This document shows, piece after piece, positions 19,111 to 27,821 of a stretch of DNA of 53,966 nt (position 1 is the first letter of the stretch; every line of letters begins with the position of its first letter). The stretch comes from an uncultured Candidatus Bathyarchaeia archaeon (GTDB lineage: Archaea > Thermoproteota > Bathyarchaeia > TCS64): contig CAYWWV010000001.1 in the NCBI GenBank assembly GCA_964462185.1, positions 12,811 to 66,776 of the forward strand. The letters are read 5' to 3'. A program made the translations under genes and the position numbers. Below the pieces are notes generated by a model, which had not been told where the DNA came from, searched no databases, and worked only from the letters and a program-made list of their open reading frames with translations.

Positions 19111-19118
19111 GTTAAAAG
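19111..19118 (-). promoter_or_regulatory. TATA-like box of Mo-hydroxylase operon 2
   Basis: Reads CTTTTAAC on the minus strand, centred 27 nt upstream of ATG 19087. Confidence 0.3.
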
Positions 19119-19181
19119 CTGTTTAGCCCCCTACGCCTTGAGTAAGGATTAAATCATCTGCGGGGGTTCTTTGAACCCGCC

Positions 19182-19568
19182 ATGGATGAGGAGTTGGAGA
19201 GGCTCAAGGAGAAGCGGTTGGAGGAGCTTAGGAGGAGGCTCCTCTTGGAGAAGCTGAGGGAGAGCCAGGAAGCCCAGGAGAAGGAGGAGCCCTCCAACGA
19301 GGAACTCTTGGATCGTTTCTTCGTCGACCGTGCTTGGGAGGTCTTCAACGCCGCCCGCCACCAGTACCCCCAGGCCTCCCAGCAGGTGGAGGCCGTACTG
19401 GTGAACGCCATCAAGCAGGGCCGAATCACATCCAAGATCGACGGAGCCTCCCTCATGGGCCTCTTCAGGCGCTTAGGCCTACCCGTTAGGCTTGAGACCA
19501 GGATACGGATAAGCGAGAAGGGGGAGCTTAAGAGCCTGGAGCAGAAGATCCGTGAGGACTTGTCTTGA
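19182..19568 (+). CDS. PDCD5/TFAR19-like DNA-binding protein
   Basis: 128 aa with a charged helical N-terminus, then AVLVNAIKQGRITSKIDGASLMGLFRRL, resembling the dsDNA_bind (PDCD5) fold pattern. Confidence 0.55.
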   Translation: MDEELERLKEKRLEELRRRLLLEKLRESQEAQEKEEPSNEELLDRFFVDRAWEVFNAARHQYPQASQQVEAVLVNAIKQGRITSKIDGASLMGLFRRLGLPVRLETRIRISEKGELKSLEQKIREDLS

Positions 19569-19968
19569 GGAACTCCTGGTAGATCCTCTTCAACGCGGCC
19601 TTGGATGGGATGCCCCCTCGGCAGACCAACACATCGTTGATGGCCATCAGGGGGGCGTTCCTAGTCATGTATTCGCCGTAGGTATAATGGGTTAGGGGTT
19701 TCTCGCCGCTGGTGACCAACACCATGTTGAGCCGTTCAAGGGCGTAGTCGATGTCTCGGAGGTCGACGAACTCCACCTGGAAGCCCCCGGGCCAGGTGTG
19801 GAAGACCTCCTCCAACTGGAAGTATAGGTCGTCTAAGGCCTCCCTCTCCCACTCCAGGAAGCTGCATCTCCGGTCGCAGGCCGTGCACTGGCTGCAGTGG
19901 ACCCCGCAGCCCGTCCCACAGGTGTCCAGGTTGAGCCTGGGGAAGACGGAGACCCTTAGGGGCTTCAT
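19528..19968 (-). CDS. Cys-rich hypothetical protein (possible Fe-S/metal-binding, thioredoxin-fold-like)
   Basis: 146 aa with six Cys in 19 residues (C17..C35), including an exact CX2CX2CX3C. It lies 35 nt downstream of, and co-oriented with, the transporter ATPase gene. G-rich coding strand. Confidence 0.45.
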   Translation of the reverse strand: MKPLRVSVFPRLNLDTCGTGCGVHCSQCTACDRRCSFLEWEREALDDLYFQLEEVFHTWPGGFQVEFVDLRDIDYALERLNMVLVTSGEKPLTHYTYGEYMTRNAPLMAINDVLVCRGGIPSKAALKRIYQEFLKTSPHGSSAPGS

Positions 19969-20003
19969 CCCAGTTTTTCTCTAACCGCCGCTATTAACCC
20001 TTG

Positions 20004-21011
20004 CTAGAGCACCACAACACTGGAGGCCTTAAAGCTGATGTAAACCTCCTCCCCAATCCCCAGCCCCATCTCCTGGAAGCTCCGACGGGTTATCTGAACC
20101 CTGAATACAGGCCCCGCATCCACCCCCACATGGACCACCCGGTCGTCGCCCTCCACCGATACGATGGTTCCCCGGAACTGGTTCCTTGCGCTGGTCTCCA
20201 CCCGACTCTTGCTGAGGATGATGTCCTGGGGTCTCACATGGATGGAGCACCTCCCAGCCATGGGCTGGGTGAAGCAGATCTCCACGCCCCCCACCTCCAA
20301 CGCCGAGACACCCCCCCGCTCCACGGCAACCCCCGAGAAGATGTTGTCCCTGAAACGGTTCACCGCCTCCACGAGGCCTGAGGGCCCCAGCTCCCCCACC
20401 CGCCCCTCCTCCAAGTAGAGAATCCTATCGGCATCCCTCGAAACCCAGCCCACGTCATGGGTGGCCACCACCACCGCCATCTCGTTGGAGGCCTCCTTTA
20501 TGACCTGCCTGATGATGCTGGCGCTGCCGGCGTCCAGGTTGGATGTGGGCTCATCCAAGAGAAGGGCGCGGGGCCTCAAGGCAAGGGCCCTCGCCAGGGC
20601 CACCCGCTGCTGCTCCCCCCCGGAGAGCCCCCCGGCGTCCCTGCTGGCCAGGCCCTCAGCCCTCACCCGCTCCAGGGCCTCCCCAACCCTCTCAGAGACC
20701 TCCTCCTCAGGCACCCCTCTAACCCTGAGGCCGAAGGCCACATTGTCGAAGACCTTCCCCCGGAGGAACACGGGCCTCTGGAACACCATGGTGGTCTCCC
20801 TCCTCAGCTCCCCCACCCCGTCCCAGCTAATCTCCCTGCCCCTGAACAACAGCCGGCCCCTGTCGGGCCGCTCCAGCCCCGCCATAATGCGGAGGAGGGT
20901 GGTCTTACCCACCCCGCTTCGCCCTATTACCCCCAGGTATTCCTCGCCCATCTCCAGCTCGACGCCTCTGAGGACTGGTGTGCCCCCCAGAGACTTGTAG
21001 ACCCCTTTCAA
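20004..21011 (-). CDS. Oxyanion (tungstate/molybdate) ABC transporter ATPase with a C-terminal TOBE/Mop domain
   Basis: Walker A GRSGVGKTT, signature LSGGEQQR, Walker B LLLDEP. The C-terminal ~65 aa (RNQFRGTIVSVEGDD...ISFKASSVVVL) is TOBE-like. Confidence 0.8.
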   Translation of the reverse strand: MKGVYKSLGGTPVLRGVELEMGEEYLGVIGRSGVGKTTLLRIMAGLERPDRGRLLFRGREISWDGVGELRRETTMVFQRPVFLRGKVFDNVAFGLRVRGVPEEEVSERVGEALERVRAEGLASRDAGGLSGGEQQRVALARALALRPRALLLDEPTSNLDAGSASIIRQVIKEASNEMAVVVATHDVGWVSRDADRILYLEEGRVGELGPSGLVEAVNRFRDNIFSGVAVERGGVSALEVGGVEICFTQPMAGRCSIHVRPQDIILSKSRVETSARNQFRGTIVSVEGDDRVVHVGVDAGPVFRVQITRRSFQEMGLGIGEEVYISFKASSVVVL

Positions 21012-21022
21012 CTGGTAGAGGC

Positions 21023-22654
21023 TCAGAGCCTGGCCCTCCTGAATTCCTCTGCTAGGGCGTTTAGGGTTAGGGCCACGGCTAGGAGGACGATGCTGAGGGC
21101 GAAGCTGGTGGCCAGGTCTCCCTTGGAGGACTCCAGGGCTATGGTGGTGGTGAGGACGCGGCTCACTCCCTTGATGTTGCCCCCCAGCATCATGGCTATG
21201 CCCAGCTCGGCGAAGGCCCTGTTGAAGCCTGTGAGCACTGAGAGTAGTACCCCTGGGGCTGCCTCGCGGAGGAGCACCAGGTTTGACTGTAGTCTGCTGG
21301 CTCCCAGGGTGGCTAGGAGTTCCCCCACCTCCCTCTCCTTGGCCTCCAGGACCTCCAGGGCGAAGCTGGAGACCAGTGGGAGCACCAGCAGGGCTTGCCC
21401 CAAGGCCACCCCCTCCAGGGTGTAGAGGAGCCCCAGGGGGGCCAGGGGCCCGCTAGTGCTGAGCAGGGTGTAGAGGATGAGGCCCAGGGTGACCGTTGGT
21501 AGGCCCACCAGGGTGTTTAGGAGGAGCTTCACCTTGCCTCGGCCTGGGAACTTGTAGACGGCGAGGGCTAGGCTCAGGGGGAGGCCCAGGGCAGAGGCCG
21601 TGAGGGTGGCCAGCCCCGAGGTGTATATGCTTCGTAGGGTTATCCTGGCCACCGTGGGGTCTCCTCCTATGAGGAGGGTGACGGCCTTCCTGAGGCTGGC
21701 TGTTAGGGTGGCCCATCCGTTGGAGGGGTTTGCTGGTAGTCGGTGTGTGGGGGGGCACTCGGAGCCGTTTATGTATCCCAGCTCCTCCACCCAGGCTGCC
21801 TCGCCGCCACCCCCGGCCCTGGGGACCCAGGCCTTGAACAGGTTGGCCCCCAGCTCCTCGGCGCCGTAGTGTTCTATTATGCTCTGGGCCTCCTCTCCAA
21901 CGAGGAAGCCGTGGAAAAGCCTGGCGGCCTCGGGGGGCTGCTGGCCCGGGGGTTTGACGAGGATGGAGCTGTATATGTTGAGCATCTCCTTGGAGGGTTG
22001 AACCAGCTCGATGAGGCTTACCAGCCCCTGGGCCGCATTCCTCAGGTAGGTGGCCCTGTCCGTCAACACGTAGCCCCCAAGCTCGTTGGCCACCCTCAGC
22101 GTGTTGGTCATACCGCTCCCCGTCTCAACCACCCAGCTGCCCCCAGCGGGGGAGCCAACACCAGCAGCATCCCAAAGCTCCAGCTCCTTAACATGGGTGC
22201 CGGAACGGTCCCCCCTTGACACCCACAAGGCCTCCCCCCGCCCGCCTGCCCCAGCTATCCTCCTGAGGGCCTCCAAGGCGTCCAACCCCTCCACCCCAGC
22301 TGGGTCTGAAGCGGGGCCCACTATGGTGAAGAAGTTGTAGGCCAGTATGCGCCTATCCAAGCCGTACCCCTCTCTTAAGAACTGGGCCTCCAGAGCCGGG
22401 CTGTGGACTATGACCATGTGGGCGTCTCCCCTTCGGGCGGTCTCGAGGGCCAGGCCTGTTCCCTGGGGGATGAAGTCAACGCGGATGTCTGGGTGGGTGG
22501 CCTCGAAGGCCGTCTTCAACTGGTCGAGTAGGCCTGTCTCGTAGAGGCTGGTGGTGGTGGCCACTATGACGCGTTGGGTGTCTGCGTGGGCCATAGGAGC
22601 GGCTATTAGGGTGGCTACTAGGATTGTGAGGGTTATTTGCTTGGGGTGGCGCAT
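21023..22654 (-). CDS. Fusion of a TupA-type tungstate/molybdate-binding protein and a TupB-type ABC permease
   Basis: Signal/anchor ITLTILVATLIAAPMAHA; SBP motif VATTTSLYETGLLDQL. From about residue 300 there are five hydrophobic segments and an EAA-like loop ATLGASRLQ..REAAPG. Confidence 0.75.
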   Translation of the reverse strand: MRHPKQITLTILVATLIAAPMAHADTQRVIVATTTSLYETGLLDQLKTAFEATHPDIRVDFIPQGTGLALETARRGDAHMVIVHSPALEAQFLREGYGLDRRILAYNFFTIVGPASDPAGVEGLDALEALRRIAGAGGRGEALWVSRGDRSGTHVKELELWDAAGVGSPAGGSWVVETGSGMTNTLRVANELGGYVLTDRATYLRNAAQGLVSLIELVQPSKEMLNIYSSILVKPPGQQPPEAARLFHGFLVGEEAQSIIEHYGAEELGANLFKAWVPRAGGGGEAAWVEELGYINGSECPPTHRLPANPSNGWATLTASLRKAVTLLIGGDPTVARITLRSIYTSGLATLTASALGLPLSLALAVYKFPGRGKVKLLLNTLVGLPTVTLGLILYTLLSTSGPLAPLGLLYTLEGVALGQALLVLPLVSSFALEVLEAKEREVGELLATLGASRLQSNLVLLREAAPGVLLSVLTGFNRAFAELGIAMMLGGNIKGVSRVLTTTIALESSKGDLATSFALSIVLLAVALTLNALAEEFRRARL

Positions 22655-22675
22655 GGGGAAGCATGGTCGATATGC

Positions 22676-22684
22676 CTATTTATT
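22676..22684 (-). promoter_or_regulatory. TATA-like box for the tupA-tupB fusion gene
   Basis: Reads AATAAATAG on the minus strand, centred 26 nt upstream of start 22654. Confidence 0.35.
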
Positions 22685-22701
22685 CATAACGAATCGTTAT
22701 G
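22685..22701. promoter_or_regulatory. Inverted repeat CATAACG-aat-CGTTATG between the divergent transporter and moaA promoters
   Basis: 7-bp arms with a 3-nt spacer, flanked by two copies of CCTATTTA (22675-82 and 22717-24) that look like the two TATA boxes. Confidence 0.4.
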
Positions 22702-22740
22702 CATCTGTAAACATAACCTATTTAGGTGGACCCCACCCAT

Positions 22741-23676
22741 ATGGAAGCGTTGACCCTAACAGACCCCTACGGAAGACCCATCAAAAGCCTCAGAATAAGC
22801 CTTACACAAAAGTGCAACCTAGACTGCTTCTTCTGCCACCAAGAGGGGGAGCACAGCCCAGGGGGGGAGATGGCCCCAGAGGAGGTCTCCAAAATAGTGG
22901 AGACGGCCTCCAAACTAGGCATAAGGAAGGTGAAGCTCACAGGGGGGGAGCCCCTCCTCAGGCCAGACATCCTGGAGATTGTGGAGGGGATCAGACCCCA
23001 TGTGGAGGAGGTCTCCATGACCACAAACGGAGTCCTCCTGGCGGAGGCTGCGCGGCCTCTAAAGGAATCCGGCTTGGACAGGGTTAACGTGAGCCTCCAC
23101 AGCCTATCCCCCCAGGGCTTCCAGAGGATCACTGGGTCCAACGCATTGGAGAAGGTCCTCCAGGGCATAGAGGAGGCGACAGCCCAAGGGCTGACCCCCG
23201 TGAAGATCAACACCGTAGTCATGAGGGGGGTGAACGACAACCGGGTGGAGGACCTGATAGAGTTCAGCCGCAAAGCAGGGGCAGTCCTGCAACTCATCGA
23301 GTTCCAAGCCCTGGAGAGGGGGGAGGGGTTGGCTGGCTCCCTATACTACGACTTGGCGCCCTTGGAGAGGAGGCTCCAAGAAAGGTCCACCAGGGTGGTG
23401 GAGAGGCCCCTCCACCGGAGGAGGATATACCATCTGGAGGGCGGGGCGAGGGTTGAGGTGGTCCGCCCCATGCATAACACGGAGTTCTGCATGAACTGCA
23501 CCAGGATAAGGCTCACCAGCGATGGGAAGCTGAAGCCCTGCTTGATGAGGAACGACAACCTGGTCCCCGTGGTGGAGCTGGTGAGGAGGGGGGCTGAGGA
23601 ATGGGAGCTGGTGGAGGCCTTTAAACGGTGTGTGGCTCTAAGAGAGCCATACTGGGTGGTGAGGGATGAGGGTTAG
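22741..23676 (+). CDS. moaA: GTP 3',8-cyclase (radical SAM)
   Basis: LRISLTQKCNLDCFFCH radical-SAM cluster motif and a C-terminal CMNCTRIRLTSDGKLKPC second cluster. ATG 22741 is preferred because the tracked GTG 22726 overlaps the A/T box. Confidence 0.9.
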   Translation: MEALTLTDPYGRPIKSLRISLTQKCNLDCFFCHQEGEHSPGGEMAPEEVSKIVETASKLGIRKVKLTGGEPLLRPDILEIVEGIRPHVEEVSMTTNGVLLAEAARPLKESGLDRVNVSLHSLSPQGFQRITGSNALEKVLQGIEEATAQGLTPVKINTVVMRGVNDNRVEDLIEFSRKAGAVLQLIEFQALERGEGLAGSLYYDLAPLERRLQERSTRVVERPLHRRRIYHLEGGARVEVVRPMHNTEFCMNCTRIRLTSDGKLKPCLMRNDNLVPVVELVRRGAEEWELVEAFKRCVALREPYWVVRDEG

Positions 23677-23908
23677 AGTCAGGTATTTCGGCCAGTTCAA
23701 GGATTTAACAGGGTTAGAGGAAGAGTTCCTAGAGCTACCTGAGGGCTGCACCGTGGCGGAGGCCAGGGAGCTGGTGAAACAGAGGCACCCCCCCTTGGCC
23801 TCCAAGGAGCAGATCCTGGTAGCCCTAAACGGGAGCTTCGGAGACCTAGGGGATAAGGTGAGGGAGGGAGACGAGCTGGCGTTCTTCCCCCCGGTGAGTG
23901 GTGGTTGA
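23666..23908 (+). CDS. moaD: Molybdopterin synthase sulfur-carrier subunit
   Basis: 80-aa ThiS/MoaD-like protein ending in FFPPVSGG (C-terminal Gly-Gly). Confidence 0.85.
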   Translation: MRVRVRYFGQFKDLTGLEEEFLELPEGCTVAEARELVKQRHPPLASKEQILVALNGSFGDLGDKVREGDELAFFPPVSGG

Positions 23909-24326
23909 GTTGATCAGAGTTCAAAAAGAAGACTTCGACATTGGGGAGCTGCTGTCCGCCGTCAAGAGCCCCAGGGTTGGTGGGGTTTCATGCTTCCTAG
24001 GCTGCGTAAGGGACAGCTCCCAGGGGAGGAGGGTGGAGAGGATGAGCATAGAGGTCTACGAGGAGATGGCCGCCGCGGAGTTGGAGAAGATAAGGGACGA
24101 GGCTCTAGAGCGGTTCCAGGTGGAGGAGGCGGTGGTGGTCCACAGGTACGGCGACTTGGAGGTGGGGGACAACATCGTGTTCATAGCCGTGGGGGCCGCC
24201 CACAGGGAGGAGGCCTTCCAGGCCTGCAGGTATATCCTGGAGGAGCTGAAGAGGAGGGTTCCCATATGGAAGAAGGAGGTCTCCCCCGACGGGGAGCACT
24301 GGGTGGAGGGGGTTAGACCTGGCTGA
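23898..24326 (+). CDS. moaE: Molybdopterin synthase catalytic subunit
   Basis: 142 aa with GAHREEAF and PIWKKE motifs. GTG start overlaps the moaD end. Confidence 0.85.
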   Translation: MVVELIRVQKEDFDIGELLSAVKSPRVGGVSCFLGCVRDSSQGRRVERMSIEVYEEMAAAELEKIRDEALERFQVEEAVVVHRYGDLEVGDNIVFIAVGAAHREEAFQACRYILEELKRRVPIWKKEVSPDGEHWVEGVRPG

Positions 24327-24339
24327 AGACCCTGTTAGG

Positions 24340-24777
24340 ATGGTGGATGTGTCGGGGAAGCCCCAGGCTCAGAGGCTGGCCACCGCCAGAGGCTTCATCA
24401 AGCTGAAGCCGGAGACCGTTAAAGCCATCCGGGAGGGAGGGGTGGCCAAGGGAGACCCCCTCCAAGTGGCTGAGGTCGCCGCCATACTGGCAGCGAAAAA
24501 AACCCCGGAGCTGGCCCCGCTGTGCCACAACATCCCCCTCTCCAAGGTGGATGTCTCCTACAGGGTGGTGGATGGGGGTGTGGAGGCCACCTGCACCGTG
24601 AAGGCGGTGGCCGTTACGGGGGTGGAGATGGAGGCCTTGACGGGGGTGGTGGTGGCCCTCCTCAACATTTGGGACATGGTGAAATACCTGGAGAAGGATG
24701 AGGGCGGCCAGTACCCCTACACCCGGATCACCGATGTGAGGGTCGTGGAGAAGGTGAAGAGTGTTGAGCCACCCTAG
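24340..24777 (+). CDS. moaC: Cyclic pyranopterin monophosphate synthase
   Basis: MVDVSGK..., KGDPLQVAEVAAILAAKKT and PLCHNIPL motifs. Confidence 0.9.
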   Translation: MVDVSGKPQAQRLATARGFIKLKPETVKAIREGGVAKGDPLQVAEVAAILAAKKTPELAPLCHNIPLSKVDVSYRVVDGGVEATCTVKAVAVTGVEMEALTGVVVALLNIWDMVKYLEKDEGGQYPYTRITDVRVVEKVKSVEPP

Positions 24778-25258
24778 AGACCAGAGGGTTAAGACCACCT
24801 TCGCCATCCTGGTGACCAGCGACACCAGAACTCTGAAGGAGGACCAGACGGGGGAGGTGGCCGTGGACCTACTGGAGGCAGATGGCCACCGAGTGGTGGA
24901 GAGGAGCCTCCTCCCCAACGACGCCGCCCAGATCGAGGGGTGGCTGAGGGAAGCCCTGGCTGGCCCCGCCAGGGTGTTGATCACCAGCGGGGGCACAGGG
25001 ATTGGAAGGGTGGATGTGACCGTGGACGTGGCGAGGGGGTTGTTCGACAAAGAGCTCCCAGGGTTCGGGGAGCACTTCCGGCGTCTAAGCTACCAGCAGG
25101 TGGGGGTGCCTGGATTGATGAGCAGAGCCACGGCGGGCGTAGCACAAGGGAAGCTGGTTTTCTGTCTCCCGGGGTCGAGGAACGCCGTTAAGACGGCTTT
25201 GGAGGAGATTATCTTGCCCGGTGTGGGGCACATGCTGTGGGAGTTGGATCGAAGGTGA
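24761..25258 (+). CDS. moaB: Molybdopterin adenylyltransferase (MoaB/Mog type)
   Basis: MoCF_biosynth domain with ILVTSDT ... LITSGGTGIG ... LPGS. Confidence 0.8.
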   Translation: MLSHPRDQRVKTTFAILVTSDTRTLKEDQTGEVAVDLLEADGHRVVERSLLPNDAAQIEGWLREALAGPARVLITSGGTGIGRVDVTVDVARGLFDKELPGFGEHFRRLSYQQVGVPGLMSRATAGVAQGKLVFCLPGSRNAVKTALEEIILPGVGHMLWELDRR

Positions 25259-25260
25259 GG

Positions 25261-26460
25261 ATGAGGCCATTCGGAGAACTGGTGCCCAGGGAGGAGGCCA
25301 TGCGCCTAATCCTGGAGAACATCAAACCCATCGAGAGGGTTGAGATCATCCCCCTCGAGCAGGCGTGTGGGAGGGTGGTCTCCAGGGATGTGGAGGCCGG
25401 GTTCGATGTCCCCCCCTTCGACCGGGCCAGTATGGACGGGTATGCCGTAAGGGCTGGGGACACCCGGGGAGCACCTGTCACCCTGAGGGAGGTGGGTGAG
25501 ATACACGCGGGGATGACCTACAAAGGCGTCCTGGGGCCGGGTGAGTGTTTGGAGATTGCCACGGGGAGCCCCATACCTGAGGGGGCGGATGCCGTGGTCA
25601 AGGTGGAGGACACCCAGCCCGGGAAGGGGGAGGTCTTAGTGAGGAGGGAGGTGGCCCCCGGGGAGAACGTGGCCAAGGCCGGGGAGGACATTTCCAGGGG
25701 GGAGGTTGTGGTGGAGGCGGGGACCTTTGTTACGCCGGGTGTATTGGGGGCCCTGGCGGCCCTGGGGCTATCCGAGGTGGAGGTGTACGCCAAGCCCAGG
25801 GTGGCCATATACAGCAGCGGCCCAGAGATAGCCCCCCAGGGCCAACCCCTAAAACCCGGCCAGATATACGACATCAACAGCTACACCGTCTCAGCCGTCG
25901 TCGAGGCAAACGGGGGGGTCCCCCTGCGCATGGGGATAATGGAGGATAGTTGGGAGAGGGTGGAGGCCTGCCTCAAGGAGGCGTCCAAGTATGATTTAGC
26001 GGTTTTCAGCGGCGGCAGCAGCGTTGGGGTCAAAGACCTCTTCGCCCGGGCGGTGGAGAAGAGGGGCTGGGTCTATTTCCACGGCGTCAAGACCAAGCCT
26101 GGGAAGCCCACCCTCTTCGGCGAGGTGGGGGGGGTCCCCGTCTTTGGGATGCCTGGATACCCCACCAGCTGCCTCAACAACGCCTACGTATACCTCCTCC
26201 CAGCCCTCAGAAAGCTGGCCCGGCTACCCCCTAAGAAGTGGGTCAAGGTGGAGGCCCCCCTGGCCGGGAGGCTGGAGACCAGCAGCGGGAGAGAGCAGTT
26301 CATCACCGTAAGACTCGAGGAGGGGAAGGCCTACGTGGTCTACAAGAAAAGCGGCGACATAACCAGCATGACCCACGCAGACGGATACATCACCCTCCCC
26401 CCAGGCAGGTGGGTGCTGGAGGAGGGGGAAACCGTGGAGGTCACCCTCCTACACATCTAA
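25261..26460 (+). CDS. moeA: Molybdopterin molybdenumtransferase
   Basis: About 400 aa. SMDGYAV, IATGSPIPEGADAVV, SGGSSVG and FGMPGYPTS. ATG 25261 follows the moaB stop at 25258. Confidence 0.9.
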   Translation: MRPFGELVPREEAMRLILENIKPIERVEIIPLEQACGRVVSRDVEAGFDVPPFDRASMDGYAVRAGDTRGAPVTLREVGEIHAGMTYKGVLGPGECLEIATGSPIPEGADAVVKVEDTQPGKGEVLVRREVAPGENVAKAGEDISRGEVVVEAGTFVTPGVLGALAALGLSEVEVYAKPRVAIYSSGPEIAPQGQPLKPGQIYDINSYTVSAVVEANGGVPLRMGIMEDSWERVEACLKEASKYDLAVFSGGSSVGVKDLFARAVEKRGWVYFHGVKTKPGKPTLFGEVGGVPVFGMPGYPTSCLNNAYVYLLPALRKLARLPPKKWVKVEAPLAGRLETSSGREQFITVRLEEGKAYVVYKKSGDITSMTHADGYITLPPGRWVLEEGETVEVTLLHI

Positions 26461-26465
26461 CAGCC

Positions 26466-26471
26466 TTTAAA
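26466..26471 (+). promoter_or_regulatory. TATA-like box of kynU
   Basis: TTTAAA centred 28 nt upstream of ATG 26496. Confidence 0.3.
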
Positions 26472-26495
26472 CCACCGGCCACCCTATTTCCCGGT

Positions 26496-27782
26496 ATGGA
26501 GAGTGGGAAGCTAAGCGAGGACTACGCCCTCCAGCTAGACGCCAGGGACCCCCTGGCACCCTTCAAACACAGGTTCCACCACATAGACGGGGCCATCTAC
26601 ATGGATGGGAACAGCTTGGGCCTCATGTGCCGGGAGGCCGAGGAGAGCCTTATGAGGGTGGTGGAGGAGTGGAGGACCCTGGGCATAGGCGGCTGGACCC
26701 AGGCCAAGGTCCCCTGGATCAGCTTCGCAGAGGAGCTGGGCCGCCTCACCGAGCCCCTGGTGGGCGCGGAGCCCGGGGAGGTGGTGGCCACGGGCGGGAC
26801 CACCATAAACCTCCACGCCCTGGTGGCCACCTTCTACAACCCCCAGGGGGAGAGGAGGAGGATTCTAGCCGACGAGTTGAACTTCCCCAGCGACCTCTAC
26901 GCCCTGGCCTCCCAGATAGCTCTCAGGGGCGGAGACCCCCGGGAGGACCTGGTGCTGGTGAGGAGCCGAGACGGCCACACCATAGAGGAGGACGACGTCG
27001 TAGAGGCCATGGACCAGGACGTCCAGCTGGCCCTCCTCCCCAGCGTATACTATCGAAGCGGCCAGCTCTTGGACATGGAACGCCTCACCCGGGAGGCCCA
27101 TGAGAGGGGCATCACCATAGGCTTCGACCTGGGCCACAGCGTGGGGGTGGTCCCCCACAGGCTCCACCAGTGGGGCGTGGACTTCGCCTTCTGGTGCAAC
27201 TACAAGTACGTCAACGGGGGCCCAGGCAGCATCGGCGGCCTATACGTCCACCAGAAACACTGGGGCAGGAGGCCGGGACTCGCCGGATGGTTCGGCAACG
27301 ACCGGTCCACCATGTTCGATATGCGCCTAGAGTTCCAGCCCGCGGGGGACGCCTCGGCCTGGCAGATAGGGACCACCCACATACTGAGCGCCGCCCCGGT
27401 GGAGGGGAGCCTCAGGCTGATTAACGAGGCAGGCATCGACAGGGTCAGGGAGAAGAGCAAGGCCATAACCAGCTACCTCATAGAGCTGGTTGACGGGCTG
27501 CTCCCCGAGGAGGAATACGGCTTCCACGTGGTCACCCCCCGAGACCCGGAGAGGAGGGGGGGACACGTGGGGGTCTCCCACCCCGACGGCTGGAGGGTGA
27601 ACCAGGCCCTCATAGCCCGAGGCGTGGTGCCCGACTTCAGGCCCCCCAACATCATCCGCCTCGCCCCCGTCCCCCTCTACACCAGCTACCACGACGTCTG
27701 GAGGACGGTGCACCACATGAAGGCCATAATAGACCGCGGGGAACACCTGTCCTTCAGCAAGGAGAAGCCAACCGTCACCTAA
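26496..27782 (+). CDS. kynU: Kynureninase (PLP-dependent hydrolase)
   Basis: End-to-end resemblance to bacterial KynU as recalled: LDARDPLAPFKHRF, IYMDGNSLG, CNYKYVNGGPG (Lys) and APVPLYTSYHDVW. ATG 26496 lies 28 nt after TTTAAA. Confidence 0.85.
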   Translation: MESGKLSEDYALQLDARDPLAPFKHRFHHIDGAIYMDGNSLGLMCREAEESLMRVVEEWRTLGIGGWTQAKVPWISFAEELGRLTEPLVGAEPGEVVATGGTTINLHALVATFYNPQGERRRILADELNFPSDLYALASQIALRGGDPREDLVLVRSRDGHTIEEDDVVEAMDQDVQLALLPSVYYRSGQLLDMERLTREAHERGITIGFDLGHSVGVVPHRLHQWGVDFAFWCNYKYVNGGPGSIGGLYVHQKHWGRRPGLAGWFGNDRSTMFDMRLEFQPAGDASAWQIGTTHILSAAPVEGSLRLINEAGIDRVREKSKAITSYLIELVDGLLPEEEYGFHVVTPRDPERRGGHVGVSHPDGWRVNQALIARGVVPDFRPPNIIRLAPVPLYTSYHDVWRTVHHMKAIIDRGEHLSFSKEKPTVT

Positions 27783-27821
27783 CCATAAACAATATTACCA
27801 TCGTTGAAGCTCACAACAGGG

